The notes under the pieces are model-generated. The model did no database searches, was not told the DNA's origin, and was given only the letters and a program-made list of their open reading frames with translations. From NCBI GenBank assembly GCA_001949185.1, contig BDGG01000001.1:4205624-4269623 (forward strand): a stretch of 64,000 bases of DNA, read 5' to 3'. The translations under genes and the position numbers were made by a program. Source of the stretch: Ramazzottius varieornatus (Eukaryota; Animalia; Tardigrada). The first letter of the stretch is position 1, and every line of letters starts with the position of its first letter. Shown here one piece after another: positions 25,901 through 38,797 of this stretch.

Positions 25901-28900
25901 AGTGGAGGAACGCAAGTACTTGCTGCTAGAACAAAGAATGAGTGAGATAGAGACCACGCTGAAGAGCTTGAGTAAGACTTTCGACGATGAATTGGACCTG
26001 ATGGATCAACAGCAGATGTCAGGTCAGCATGTGATTAATGCGGTGGCGAATGGAGCGAAGATGCTGAGTGAGATGGAGGAAACTACGATGAAGTTGACCC
26101 AGAAAGTTCATCAGTTGGAAACGCAAGTCCGGCGAATGAGACTTGGCGATAGGACCTCAATCTATCAACCAAGTTCGCCTGCAATCCGCTCTGGTAAATA
26201 CTTCAAGAATTATAGAAAAACTTGAGATTTCCATAGCTGTCCGAATGCTCACTGAAATTTGTTTTTAGTAGTGTTGTTTTTTTTGTATTGTTTTGCAGGG
26301 AAGAAGTCGGGGGGATATACATTGGCCAACGGGTCGTTACTGGTAAATTCCGAGAGTCGGTACACAAGCTTCAACGCGCACAATAAGCACGAGAAGATTT
26401 CTACAGAGTCTGCAAGGAAGCTGCGCGCGTCTCTCACTAACCAGACTGGTGGTATGCGGGTCACGAAGCACGAACTGGTTCTCCTCAAGCCGCAGAAGAA
26501 AGAGCCAGGATTGACAGCCTCGAGCCAGCCCGAAAGTCAGCGCCTAGCACCGCGCTCACCGAGCTTCTTCACAGCGGACAACACGGACAGACTCAATACA
26601 GCCCGTAGTGAGGCTGTATCACCCAAAGAACCGAAACAACAACAGCAAGACAGTGAACGTCTACCTTCCCCAGTCAAATCAGAATCCCCCAAATCTCGTA
26701 AGAAGTTCTGTAGATATCTGTTGGTTACTTGGGACGAAGGCAAGAATATCTAACCAGATCGATTTTCCGAGTGGCGCACACTTTCGGCCACAAGCAACGA
26801 GAATGTGCGCCACTTGGGACACGTTCCAGATACCGATCTGTTTCGGTCTAGTTGCTCAGGTCTCAGTGGAACTGACCTCATGTCGTTAGGGTTGTTCCTA
26901 ACAGCGTGTTCTTCTGGTTTGTAGGTCCGATAACTGAGCCTGAGTACGTCCTGACCACCAGCCTACCTTCCAGCCGTCCGCAGAACCAGTCAGCTAACCC
27001 CAGCACAAACCAAACATTCTCAAGTCCGTCAAGCTTGAACAAAGACTCTCTCTTCGGTACACATTTGATAGACGAATCATCAGCGCCAAGTGGCAGCACA
27101 AGCATTTTCGGACGTGGTAACTTTCGGCTTCCGTCGCCCCCAAAGACTATCGTTGAACAGCCGGCTCCTGATATAGAGAAAGAACAAGCTAAGCCGTCTG
27201 CACCGAACAACACCAGCTTATTCGATTCCACTCAGCAGGCAAGTTCCAACAACACGCTGAACTTGTCCTCGTCCTTCCAGGGACTCTTCCCAGCCCAGTC
27301 CAGTTCCCCGAAGCCAACCGAACCCAAGAAGGAAGCTGAAACCCCTTCCAAAGCACCTAGCGAGCCGCCACCGACCAGTCAGCCTAAACCAGCCGAAATT
27401 ACAACGAGCAAAGCAAGTACTTCCGTCAGCGAAACACCCAAAGAAACAAAGCCGCTGTTCGCCTTCAGTCTTTTTCCAAGTCCTGAGACCGAGTCGACCA
27501 CAAAGCCAGCTGTCTCTGCTGCACCTACCGCCATCCAGTCTTCTGCTACTTCCGGCTTGAGCTTGTCTGGATTTACCACACCGACGAAGAACTCTGGTCC
27601 CACTGAGCAAACGAGCTCTGGTGGTAGTTCAGGTCTCTTTGGTCAAAGTGCGACGGCGACTTCGTTCCCGTTCAAGAGTCTTGTCGGAAGTACTTCTGGA
27701 CCGTCGACAAGTGTCGCACCGTCGGAATCTTCCTCGGTGTCCAAACCGGCATTTTCCGGCTTTGGATTCGGAGGTAGTGTTAGTACTAGTACTAGCAGTG
27801 GTGGTAGCACTAAAAGTATCAGCGCCGCTACGCCTTCACTTTTCGGTCAGCCCGCGACCACCGCTGTTGCTTTGGGCTCTGGTTTCGGCCAACCCTCCAC
27901 AAGTACCACCACAGCAGCGCCGTCGATTGGGTTCGGTCAGGGTCTATCGAGCATCGGAACTTCCGGTACCGGCTTCGGGCTGCAACCCACATCCAGTAGC
28001 ACACCAGCGGCGACTACTGGTGTCGGTCAAGCTGCAACGAGTGGTTTTCCCGCGACAGGTTTCGGTTTTGGTCAGTCTGTCACTTCCAGTGCTTCGGCCG
28101 GTACCGGCTTTGGGCAACCTGCCACTAGTACTGCGCCGTCAGGATTCGGCTTGGGTCAACCGGGAACAAGTAGCGCTTCAGCGAGTACGGTATTTGGACA
28201 GCCAGCAGCCAGCAGTGGAAGTTCGAGTTTCGGTTTTGGGTCGCTTGACTCTGCGCTACCTAAACCTTCCACGACGCCTTCACCAGTCTCTACTGGTCTC
28301 TTTGGCAGCTCTTCCACCACCAGTAAGATTTCTCAAGACGTTTTCGTAGTCTACAGTCCCGGTGATTATCGTCTAAATTATATTACCGTTTTTTGCCTCC
28401 GACAGGTCTTCCAACAACTACGACGTCGCTCTTCGGAGGAAGCCAACAAGCTACAGCGCCATCCGCAGCTGCTTCTGCCAATTCTAATCCGCCACCGTTG
28501 TCCGCGTTTGGAGGTTTCAGGCTCGGCGGTAGTACCGCTAACTCTCCTTCTGCCTCGTCAGGCTTCGGCGGTTTCGGCTCATCCACTTCGACGCCCGCTC
28601 CAGCTGCCTTCGGTGCTTCGACAGCTGCTTCAAGTGGCTTCGGTACCTCTACTGCTGCTCCAAGTGGCTTTGCTGCCTCGACAGCTGCTCCAGCCTTCGG
28701 CACCTCTTCCTTTTCAGGCTTTGGTTCTGGCGCGACGGGCTTCGGCTCACCTCCGGCATTCGGGGCGACCTCGGCTTTTGGAACGAGTGCACCTGCTCAG
28801 CAACTTCAACAGCAGTCCACTGGTACGAATTTACGAACGACCCACCAGAACAATCTATAAACTGTTGATTTTGTGTTATAGGTGGAAATTACATTTGGGG

Positions 28901-29147
28901 AGCTCCGGGTGGCTTCGCCGCCTATGCGCAGCAGCCATCGGCTTCCTTTGGTGCTTTAGCGGGGAACCAGCCTGCCACGACGAATAACATGTCGGGTAGT
29001 TTCGGACAGACCACGCAGTCGGCGGGAATGCCGTCGAGTAATGCCTTTGGAGCAAACACTAGCACGGGCTCGGGTTTTGGGTCGACGGGTTTCGGAGCGC
29101 CTTCCGCGCCAGCTGGAGGGAATAACGCTTTCACGCAGTATCGATGA
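22948..29147 (+). CDS. Nup214: Nucleoporin Nup214/CAN, multi-exon
   Basis: Beta-propeller motif CVSWSPKGKQFVVG, central coiled coil, S/T/P-rich region, many FG/GFG repeats, C-terminus AFTQYR*. Confidence 0.88.
23918..23970. repeat. Family B palindrome copy (Nup214 intron)
   Basis: tacctacatac-N31-gtatgcaggtt. Confidence 0.7.
25687..25739. repeat. Family B palindrome copy (Nup214 intron)
   Basis: cacctgcatgc-N31-gtgtgcaggta. Confidence 0.7.
26769..26815. repeat. Family A palindrome copy (Nup214 intron)
   Basis: gagtggcgcac-N25-gtgcgccactt. Confidence 0.85.
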
Positions 29148-30520
29148 GCCGCTTCCTTGTTTGACTAACTGATGATAATAATATTATTGTAGTAGTTTTT
29201 CGCAAAGTCTGGTCTCTAACATTTCTCTATAATAGCGTGAGTGCGCCACACGTACAAAATAGATTTAATCTTTTATCCGTACTGTGTATTGCAGTTATCA
29301 TGGCACCTCTTCTGTGGCTCGAGGCCATTCTGGTACTCATATTAAACCTGTAGTTTGTGCTGGCTTTTCACAGTAATTTCAACCTTAGCTGGAAAATCTA
29401 ATGAATTTGTTCCACTTTCACGTAACAACTTATAAACTGAGGGAGTATGGTTGATTCGAGGTCGCTCATGAGCATCCTAGGCAAAATATGGCAAAATAGG
29501 CAAAATATGTAGCGAATCATTATCAATGATTCTAGTACGGCGAGAAAAGAAACATTGATGACCTATGCACTCCTCATCGACGTTTCTTGCATCGTTTCTC
29601 CATACTTTCTTCGATCAAAAAAGAACTTGTTTTTCCGAGGAGTCCGACGTGGTCAGCGCCGTCTGTACACGGACTTGAACGATGTCATCAGTCTGTAAAA
29701 CATGTCAATTTGTCTCCGCAGTACTTGAAGCTACGTTAAATGCCACACTAATTCTCAGAGACACACTGCAACATTTTGAGCGGGTCTCACCGGCGTCAAG
29801 ATTGCGCAGATCAGCAAGTAGAGTTACAAAATAGGTAACGATTTTCAAAGTGCGCGGCTTCGCGCCATTTCGATCAGCGGCAATCGTCTTAGCTCGTGCG
29901 GAGCTCGGATGGATAGCAGAATATTTTGCCGGTCGTCGGCAGTAAGGGATTCGTAAAAAAATTCAGCTGTATCGTCTTTAGGAAGAGGCACACTAAAATA
30001 CGGTTCATCTTTGGCTTGTCTTGTGCGCCCACCTGTTCCAGCTGACAATCGGTCAAGCGGGTATTCGTAAAGTCAGACTGCTGGAGCAAAATCATTGCAA
30101 AGATGACATCACTTAAGATCACCGATGTGACATACTAGGGACATGCTGTGATTGCTGACTTGCTGTCAGCATACGATCACGGTATGACTTCCGTGATCCG
30201 CGAGTTTGCGAAAACTTTCAGGTGATGTACGTTGATTGGACAATCAAGTACAGAGTTGCCACATGCAAAATGGTCTGACATAAACAGAAAACATCCGCAA
30301 CACACGAACAAATCCACCAGCCGCCTACACTTGTCCAGCAGTTACCTGCGGGACTTTGACCGGAATGGCCCACCATGCACCGGATTTCTTTATTCGACGT
30401 ACCATGCGCTACCATACCACTGTATAATGCGGCTTCCGTCGTCGTCCAAGATCAGTCGCACTTCCTCCAGCGGCATCTGATCTTGGGATATCTCATCCTT
30501 TGTACCTTCCCAACATCATC

Positions 30521-33500
30521 ATGGACAGTAGAAAGCGCTCGTCGGCTTCACGCTCTGATTCGAATGGATATCCTGGACATAAGTTCGGCAACTCGTTCTC
30601 TGATCCCGAAGGCTATGTCGACGACATTACCGACGAAGGTACTGTTTGCGCTTCGTTCTGCTTGTGTGACGGTACTGTCTCACTAACGAGCCATGATTTC
30701 GCAGATCTACTCGCCGATATCCTCAAAGATAAACCGAGCGAGGATGCGGGCATGGAGTCGGTCATCATCATCGACAACATTCCTATTGCACCAGCTGAGA
30801 AGCTCGATAAGCTGAAGAGCGTCGTCCGAAAGTTGATTATTACCCATGTCAAAATCCAACCAGACGAAATTGTTAATGAGATCTTCCCGGTCGAAGAGAA
30901 CGGCAGCAACAAAGGGTCAGATATACTTGAAGTTAGAGAATCGACCAGATCTTTCAATTATAGTGCTGTACGATTGCTGAAATCCTCTTTCCTATGAAGT
31001 TTAAAATTGGCCTTCCTATTCAAGCAAACTTTTTAAACTTCCGCAAGTATTTAAAGGAATCATTTCTCGATGTATTACGGCATCTCTATGGGCATTATTC
31101 GATTTGGAAAGCTAGTTCGAGGCATAAACCTGAAGAGTACATGTAAGCTCTAAAGAATGTCCTTAATGCTCAATGTATCATTGTAGATTCGCTTTCTTCG
31201 AGTTCAAGGATGGCTCTATCGCCGAGCGAACGAAGGCCGTTCTCGATGGATTCCGTTTTGACAAACAACATACATTGACCATCGATTTCTTTACGGACTT
31301 TGAAAAGTACGTTGGTTTAATATGCGTTTTGGCAGGCAGCAACTAAGAAAGACTGAAAATTTTTGCATGGTAATCTCTAGGTACGTTAGTCAGTCCGATG
31401 AATGGGAAGAACCAGTCCGTCGCGTCTTCAAAGACCCAGGAAATCTTCGCTGGTGGTTGGAGAAGGAAGACAGCTACGACCAGTACCTCGTCATCTGTGG
31501 AGGCAACAGTGGAACGGAAATGGCTGCCGTCTTTGAGAATAGTCCAGTCGAACCTTTGCTGCTGGAGCAGCGTCAACACTGGACTGACAGACTGGCCATG
31601 TGGTCTCCGCTCGGTACTTACCTGGCTACCTTCCATCAGAAAGGTGTGGCGTTGTGGGTGGGGAAGGAGTTCAAGCAGTTCACGAAGTTTACCCAGAACG
31701 ACGTTGTTACTGCCGGCTTCTCGCCTAAAGAAAGGTACAGTACAATTCAGCATACACTGGTGTCTCCACGAGGTCCATTAACGGAGTGTGTAGGAACTAG
31801 ATGGGCTATTCTGCTATAGGTACATTCTAACTGTGAGAAATAAGCCAGAACATCTGCCCGTTGACGACCAGAGTATGATTCTGTGGGACGTCGTGACATC
31901 CACTAAACTGCGAAGCTTCCCTTGGGATCGACGAGAAACTCCGCCTGCAGATACTGTCAAGTACGAATAAGCTCCAACTTCCAGCCAGCGTTTCCACTCT
32001 TTCTTTCGGTTATACGCACTGGAGATCTGTCTTTGCAGGTGGAGTGCCGATGAGAAGTTTTACGCTCTGTTGGCGAAAGAAACGATCAACGTCTATGAAG
32101 CAGAGGTAAGGGTATCTTTGTTTTGATTTATCCTTGTGGAATTTGACAGCCGTCGTTTTTTTGGCGTTATAGAACGTGATTTCGAACAAGACGTTCCACG
32201 AGATTAAGGAAGTGGCTGACTTCTCCTGGTCGCCTTCGCAGTCCCACCTGGCATTCTGGGTTCGCGAGCAGGGCGAGAATGTCCCTGCTCGCCTGAGCTT
32301 GGTCGGCTTCCCGGACAAGGCTGACCTTCGAACCAAACAGCTCTTCCACGTGCTGGATTGTCAGTTTGTCTGGCAGAAGGCCGGTGAGTACATGGCTGTC
32401 AAAGTCAACCGTTACAAGAGCGCCAAGAAGAGGAAACTGGGCGGTATCGACTACACCGGGCACTACTTCAACCTGGAGATATTCAACCTGACCAATGCAA
32501 AGAAAGAAGTACCGGTGGAATCCATCGAAATCAAAGGTTAGTCCGTCTGTAAAATTATGTAAAGCTTCGGGTCAAAAATTATAAATGGTTTGTTTCAGAC
32601 GCCATAATTGATTTGGCATGGGAGCCCAACGGAAGCATTTTGGTGCTGCTTACTGCTGCTGATGCCGTCACATCCGTTAGCTTCTACTCCGGCCGTCTCG
32701 GCAAGCAGTTCGAGCTCGTCAGTAAGGGAAAGCTTAACTGAATGTCGATCAAATTGCCTAAAAGATTATTCGTGTATGTTCATAATATCGGAAAACGTTT
32801 CTAATCGGGACCTTATCTCAACAGAGAAACTTCCGTTACGCCACAAGGTGGAACGCATTGCTTGGTCCCCGATGGGTCAGTTTGTCACTCTTTATACTAC
32901 AAGGTAAAGAACTCTTCTACAGTCAAGTTTTGGAAGACTGAGGGGTTTAAGTAGACATGTTCTCTTCGCCTTACAGTGGAAGCGTTGGCTACTTGACATT
33001 CATCGATACGGCGGACTTGACCATCATGGCCGATCTGGAACACTTTCTCCTGTCGGAAGTGCACTGGGATCCGACTGGTCGCTACTTGACTGCCGTTACG
33101 AAGGGAAACAACAAGGTAAGCTCTCGTTGGAACCGCGCTTTGGTCCAAAGGCCGCACCGGCAATGAACCGTACCACATGTGAAATATGGATTATGGAATA
33201 AAATGAGAAAGTTGACGTTTACGATTATCACAGAAGGACAATGGATACACCATCTACTCCTTCCAAGGCCGATACGTTCGCAACGAGAAGGTGGACGGGC
33301 TTAGTGTCTTCGCATGGCGTCCTCGACCTCCGACGTTACTGTCAGCTGAGAAGCAGAAAGAGATCAGGAGGAACCTGAAGAAGTACGCACCCGAGTTCGA
33401 TGCCAAGGATAAGATGTTGCTTAACAAGGCTTCTCGGGTACGTTCGACATAGGACAAACTTCCTCTCTCTTCATAGAGGTGACGAGCTAACTTTCTGCGT

Positions 33501-33769
33501 TCTGTAGGAAGTTTCGGAGCGTCGCAAGAGACAGATGGAAGCTTTCATGGAACGCCTGGAGAGAACCCGGCGCGCTTTCGACCTTCGCAAAGCCTACCGT
33601 ATTGAACTTCGTGACGGAGGTAAATATACGGCGATGATTCTCTGACAAAGGGTTGCTGTTGAGTCAATGCTGTTCTGTTTTTGCAGTGGATACCGACCAA
33701 CCACCCGAAGAGAACGTCGACGAGCAGTTGGAAGTTATTATTGGTACAACCCGAACAATCTTGGAGTGA
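30521..33769 (+). CDS. eIF3b: Eukaryotic translation initiation factor 3 subunit B, multi-exon
   Basis: SFSDPEGYVDDITDE, ESVIIIDNIP..KLDKLKSVV, WSPLGTYLATFHQKGVALW, WDPTGRY, WRPRPPTLLS. Confidence 0.95.
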
Positions 33770-35944
33770 TCCCGTAAGGTTACACATGCACTCAGTCTCC
33801 CAACATAAATTCTTAATTTGGTTGGGAGGGATAGTTCGTCTTTGTTTTCGAGCAATTTCTATCGGTTGGCGTTTCGGCTACTAACTTGATTTGGGTTTGA
33901 CGTTCGTTTGTCGGGTTTTGCGAAAAAGTTGGTCATCTTTTCTCTGATAACCGTCATTTCTTCTCCATTACCCATTCATGTCGCTCTTGTCCATTAAAAA
34001 CTTTGCAGAAATCGATCGATGATTTGCATAGAGGAGATATGAAAGTCCAATCCCAGCTTTTGATGTAGGCTTGCATCGCTCTTCAATTCGATACATAGAT
34101 ACAAATGGAACGTGTGAAATTACTTGCGGTTGAGTAGTCTGTTATTCGGAGCCATTATGGCGCTGTGCTTGGTTTGTATGTCGGCACAGTTTGCGCCCCT
34201 GATGGCATCTGCATTCAGTTATGGATTTCCTCTAGATTTGTTGATCCAACACATGAGCATGGCTGGATAGAGTTTCCATTTCTGCCGCCACAAACCAAAC
34301 ATGCGGATACTACGTATGGTAAATCAAAAGGATGCAGAGGCTATTCTAGCAACCGCCAGTCGAATCAGCAAAACAGTTCACCCTTTTTTAGCCTTTAGAG
34401 AGTGCAGTCGATAGTACTCCCAACAAACTGACTATATTTCTTCCCCAGCAATCAAAAAGCGGTCAAGAAGCGGTGTGATAAATTGAAAAGGGCAATATGA
34501 CGGGAAACCTGGTTCTGGCAGGCCGCCTGGTTCGTTCATCTCGTACAATGGGCCGACAAAGCATTCATTAGAATCATACTTAACGGCTGACCATAGTTGA
34601 AGGCGGAAGTGCTTTACAGAAACTGGGCTAACGGTGAGTACCGCGACCCAACAGGTTTCTGATCGGTGAAGCGCTAGTGCTAATTCGGCAAACCTCTCTG
34701 ATTGGGGCAGGAAAAGCCGGCTTAGGTTTTATAAAGGGCAGCGCGCAAGTCTTACAATACGAAATGATGTAAGGAGGACCACTTTGACGCGGAAGTACTA
34801 CTGATAACTAAGCTCGAATTTCCGGTGACGCAGTTTACTATGTTTGTAGAAACGCCACTAAGGAGCCAGGCTGATGTTTGTCCATCCTTCAGTTATCCTA
34901 CCAGCTGTTTCCGTAATATCGACGACTGCAAAAGTTCAGTATCCATCTTTTCCCTAGAGTACGCAGATTTATTCTGGAGTAGCAGCCAAGTGCGCAGTGA
35001 AGGGCGTCTTTAGTGTCTTAACTATCTTTGATCGTACTTTGGCCAGTCGAGCGTATCGCAGTCGTGCCTTTCTTCCCCTCAGCGCGGTCTCTCTATGCGA
35101 TACAACAGCCGGGTCTTCCGTCGATCTCAAACACAGGAGTTCCGTGTCGACAAAAACATCAAAAGACAGCACGTACCGGAAGTTCGCGTGTTCTCTGCAT
35201 TACTTACCGTAATGTCAGGATGTAATGTCATGCTGGTACGTGGGACGCGTGGTATGTTATGGTGAGTAAGTAAGGTAGATGCAGTGCAGCAGCTCCAGGT
35301 CAGAGTATGACCTGAGTGACAGTGAGTGTCATCTGAATCACTTCCTTCTCATAGAGACTCGAGAGCCAAGTCAGCCAACCCTAATTCACATCACTCGTTC
35401 TGCCAGTGGGCCGTGGCTCCCTTCGGAATATTTCCGATCTCTCATCGTGTTTTTCGTGATATTTTCTACCGACAGATAACAAGACTGTGATCCTTGGATT
35501 TGCAGGTGACTTTTAAATCGTTTCCAAGACCCCGAGAAAGGATATCCAGCTGATCTTGCCAGAAGGATCATCTTTCTCGCTGGTCGATACCGTGATTATA
35601 CTAATTATCCCTCATCGATCTTCATTCCCGAAACTGAACTCTGGAAACAACGGACTAGACTATTTTTGTTTGTTTTAGGGCTTATTGAACAACATGGAAA
35701 TGAGCTCGCTTATCGGATATCGGATGCTTTGAAGCTGGACTTTGATTTCAGCACGGTTTACACAGTTGGATTCGAACGCCTTCTTTCTTATCACCTGTCG
35801 TGATTCTTCCGTTGCCTGAGTTGGAGTTCGTGTTTGTCATGTGTTGTCATTGTCTGTCTTTGGACATCTCTGCTGTAGAAATGTGACGGCCTGATCAGGC
35901 GGCAGTGATCCTCCTTCTGGATATCCCTTGTTGAGCGCACGACT

Positions 35945-37748
35945 ATGGCTTCGTCAGTCGGGTCTTCGAGCGCAGCGACCGATGCCGTCGACGGTGGATC
36001 CTCATCTTCGGCAGACACGACCGCACTTCAGAAAAAGCTGAGTAAAGTCGAAAAATGTATCGTCGAGGAAGAAAGCTTGCTGGCATCCATTCAAGATCAG
36101 TTTATCCAGCTGGGCATTTCTCAACTGGAAAGCCCCAAGCAGCAATCTAGTCTTCGCGAACTGGAACAAGCCAACGCCAAAGCTGCCCGTCATATCGAGG
36201 AGTATAAGAAGAAGAAAAAGAAGTATGAGACAGCCATCAAAATGCTGGAGGAGCAGCAACGAACTGAGTCAGCTGTCAGGTGAGACTTGTGGAAAGGTGT
36301 ATTTCCAAATTTCTGGTGGTAACGTATTTAGCGTCGGTTGTGCTTAAATATTATTCATGACGTCACGTTGCTTAATTGAGTTTGTGCAGTTTAGCACTGC
36401 AGTTCGGTAATTGCAGTGACGTAAAAGATGCTACTTTTGCTTTATGCTACTTGTGTCATATGTGTGCCTGAAAGGTGCGCGTTTTCTTCGTTACCGAAAT
36501 GGTTCGAATACTCCTTGCGGTCAAATTAGTCAGTTTCCACTGGCAGTACCCTGACTTTTTCTTTTGGCAGAACAAAGAAGGAGCTGAAGGATCCGAAAAG
36601 CGGCGGAGGAATGCCGCCAGTAGAGCCTGTCAAGACGGGCGCCAGGATGATGAATAGCCTACTACGGAAGAATGGCGAGAACGGAAGTGCCCGTTCGAGA
36701 GACTCACGTGGTTCCAAGGATGAGACTTCGCCGGCACAATTCAGTGACAACCATCAGCACTTGAAGGTCCTACCTTCGGAAGTCAGCCTCAGCTCAATGG
36801 AATCAGATAGCCAGGAAAGCGCCAAGCGTCACCGGAGACTCGACGAGATCGCTGACGTGGTGACGGGCAAACTGGAGCCGCTGGTGGGCGATATCCACGG
36901 CGTTCAAGACAGAATGGATGAGGTACAGTGAAATAAAGAACAGTACGGTGAATAGTTATCTGGGGCCCAAGCAAACAAACTCGACAAGATGGGTTTTCCA
37001 AGTGGCGTATGCTTTTAGCCAAAACCATTGAAAATGTGCGCCAATTGGTAAAACAGTTTTGTCGAACTTGGCGAACTATCATTTTATGATCTTTGTGGTA
37101 TGCTTTTTATAGTTGTTTAAACTGGTGGAAGACAATAAAGCTGAGTGGAGCGAAGAGCGGAAAGCCTCAACTGCCGTGTTTGACGACATCATTCGCCGTT
37201 GCGCTTATGTAGAGGAGCAGATTCACGACCTCATCGAGCTGCACCAAAAAGAAACGGCTGAAGCAAAGACATACCTGGTGGATACACAAGATAAAATGAA
37301 CTATGTCTTCAACGAAAGAATCCGTGACATGAAAGACGAAATTACCGGGCTGAATACCAGAATAGCCAAGATTGAGCATCGGCAGAAGGAAGATGAATCT
37401 TTGGCCAGGACAGAGGCAGCCAAGAGTGTTTTGGGGGAAATGGCTTTCAAGATGGTGGATGTTTTGCTGCTGTTTGGCCAGCTAGTTATTGCCGTTGTGG
37501 GAGCCATCAGCCACTTTTTCCAGATGACAGCGGAGAATAGCACACGTTTAGTGGTGTTCCTAGTCTGTATAATAGCCTTCCTGGTTGTTTTTCAGTTCAG
37601 AGAGGATTTACCTTTTAACAAGGAAGTGACGGCGACTGTGGATAGCGTCATCAACCGGTTGGAAGCCGCTCTACCCGACTGGATAAGACGAAGACTGGTG
37701 GATCAGGAGACAACACATGAGAATATCACAATGTTCCAGGAAGAGTGA
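35945..37748 (+). CDS. TMCC: Transmembrane and coiled-coil domain family protein (TMCC/TEX28/Dementin-like)
   Basis: EEQIHDLIELHQKE...DKMNY...ERIRD...TRIAKIE matches the TMCC coiled-coil signature; two C-terminal hydrophobic helices. Confidence 0.8.
37000..37046. repeat. Family A palindrome copy (TMCC intron)
   Basis: aagtggcgtat-N25-gtgcgccaatt. Confidence 0.8.
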
Positions 37749-37954
37749 AGTTGCTGTACAATGCTTTTGAAAATCTTCTAGTCATGTTTTTCGAAAAGTC
37801 TTGCCAAATGCTCAAAATTGGTCTTTGTGAACCGATGCTGTGTGATCTGTACTAGACTAGGTTGTGAAGCAGTTTTCTCTTGTAACGGTTACTTAATTTA
37901 AATATCCTTCTCTTTCGATACAATGTCTTCTTCAGTTGAGATGGGTCGTCGGCA

Positions 37955-38797
37955 GAGGATCTCTCCGTGTGGATCGTCTCGCCCGGTTGGAAGGCGGAGT
38001 TGCAGTCAATCTTGAGGATCGCACGACCTGGGCGCGCTTACTAACGAGGTACATTTCGATACGGCTCCCCCGTCTCGTTAAAGCGCGCTTCGTGACGGAA
38101 AGCGTCGAGGTCAAAGTCGGCACTAGTTCACGGCTGGATCGTACCAGCAAGTTTTTGTTGAAAGCGGCAGTGACACTGGGGGCGTCATCGTAAGCAGACA
38201 GAAGTGTCCTCATCGACTTGCGCAGGTCCGCGCCAATAATCAGCCGACCATCCGCACCCAGTATACTGCCCATTGACCGGAGAAGCTTCTTGGCTTCATC
38301 TTGACGGAAGATACCGATCGTAAACCCAGGGACAAAGCAAATGGGCGGTAATGCCGCGAGTTCCGCTGGTAACCGAAGCGGATTGCGGCAGTCACCAACC
38401 ACTAGGTCCACACGACGTCCGGAAAATGCGTGGCAGATCGCGGGCTCCGGCCAGCGCACTTGCTGAAACTGTGAGCGGCACGTAGACAGCCATCTTGTCG
38501 AGCGCAGCTAGCAAGATTTCCGTCTTGAGCGAGGAACCCGATCCAGACTCGATAAGCACTGAGCCGGAAGACATTCCGGCCACAATGTCGACTGTGTTGA
38601 TGCCGATCTCGGTTCGCGTTGGGTTAGTATTCGGGTGATTCCGTGATCTTCTCGAAAAGCTCGCCACCATGAGCATCGTAAAGGTACTGGCATGGCATTG
38701 ACTTCACGGATGCTCCGAGACCTGCAAGCACGTCCGCGGCGAATGCGCTCGACTCCAGATCTGGCGGTCGGGCTGTCGCATGGACCATGACGTTGAT
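37955..38797 (-). pseudogene. egtD: Bacterial-type L-histidine N-alpha-methyltransferase (EgtD, ergothioneine pathway) pseudogene, intronless and frameshifted
   Basis: Pieces across frames: FAADVLAGL..KSMPCQYLYDAHGGELFEKIT..PEY/PTRTE; LIESGSGSSLKTEILL; PGFTIG; LIIGADLRK..LLSAYDD..VTAAFNKNLLVR..REL; RIEMYLVS; PGETIHTE. Confidence 0.88.

Noticed and set aside
27600-29140. Repetitive ggcttcggt-type DNA
   Set aside because: It is explained by the FG repeats of Nup214.
34763-34804. Possible C/D-box snoRNA (atgatgt...ctga)
   Set aside because: It is too short, has an imperfect C box and no terminal stem.
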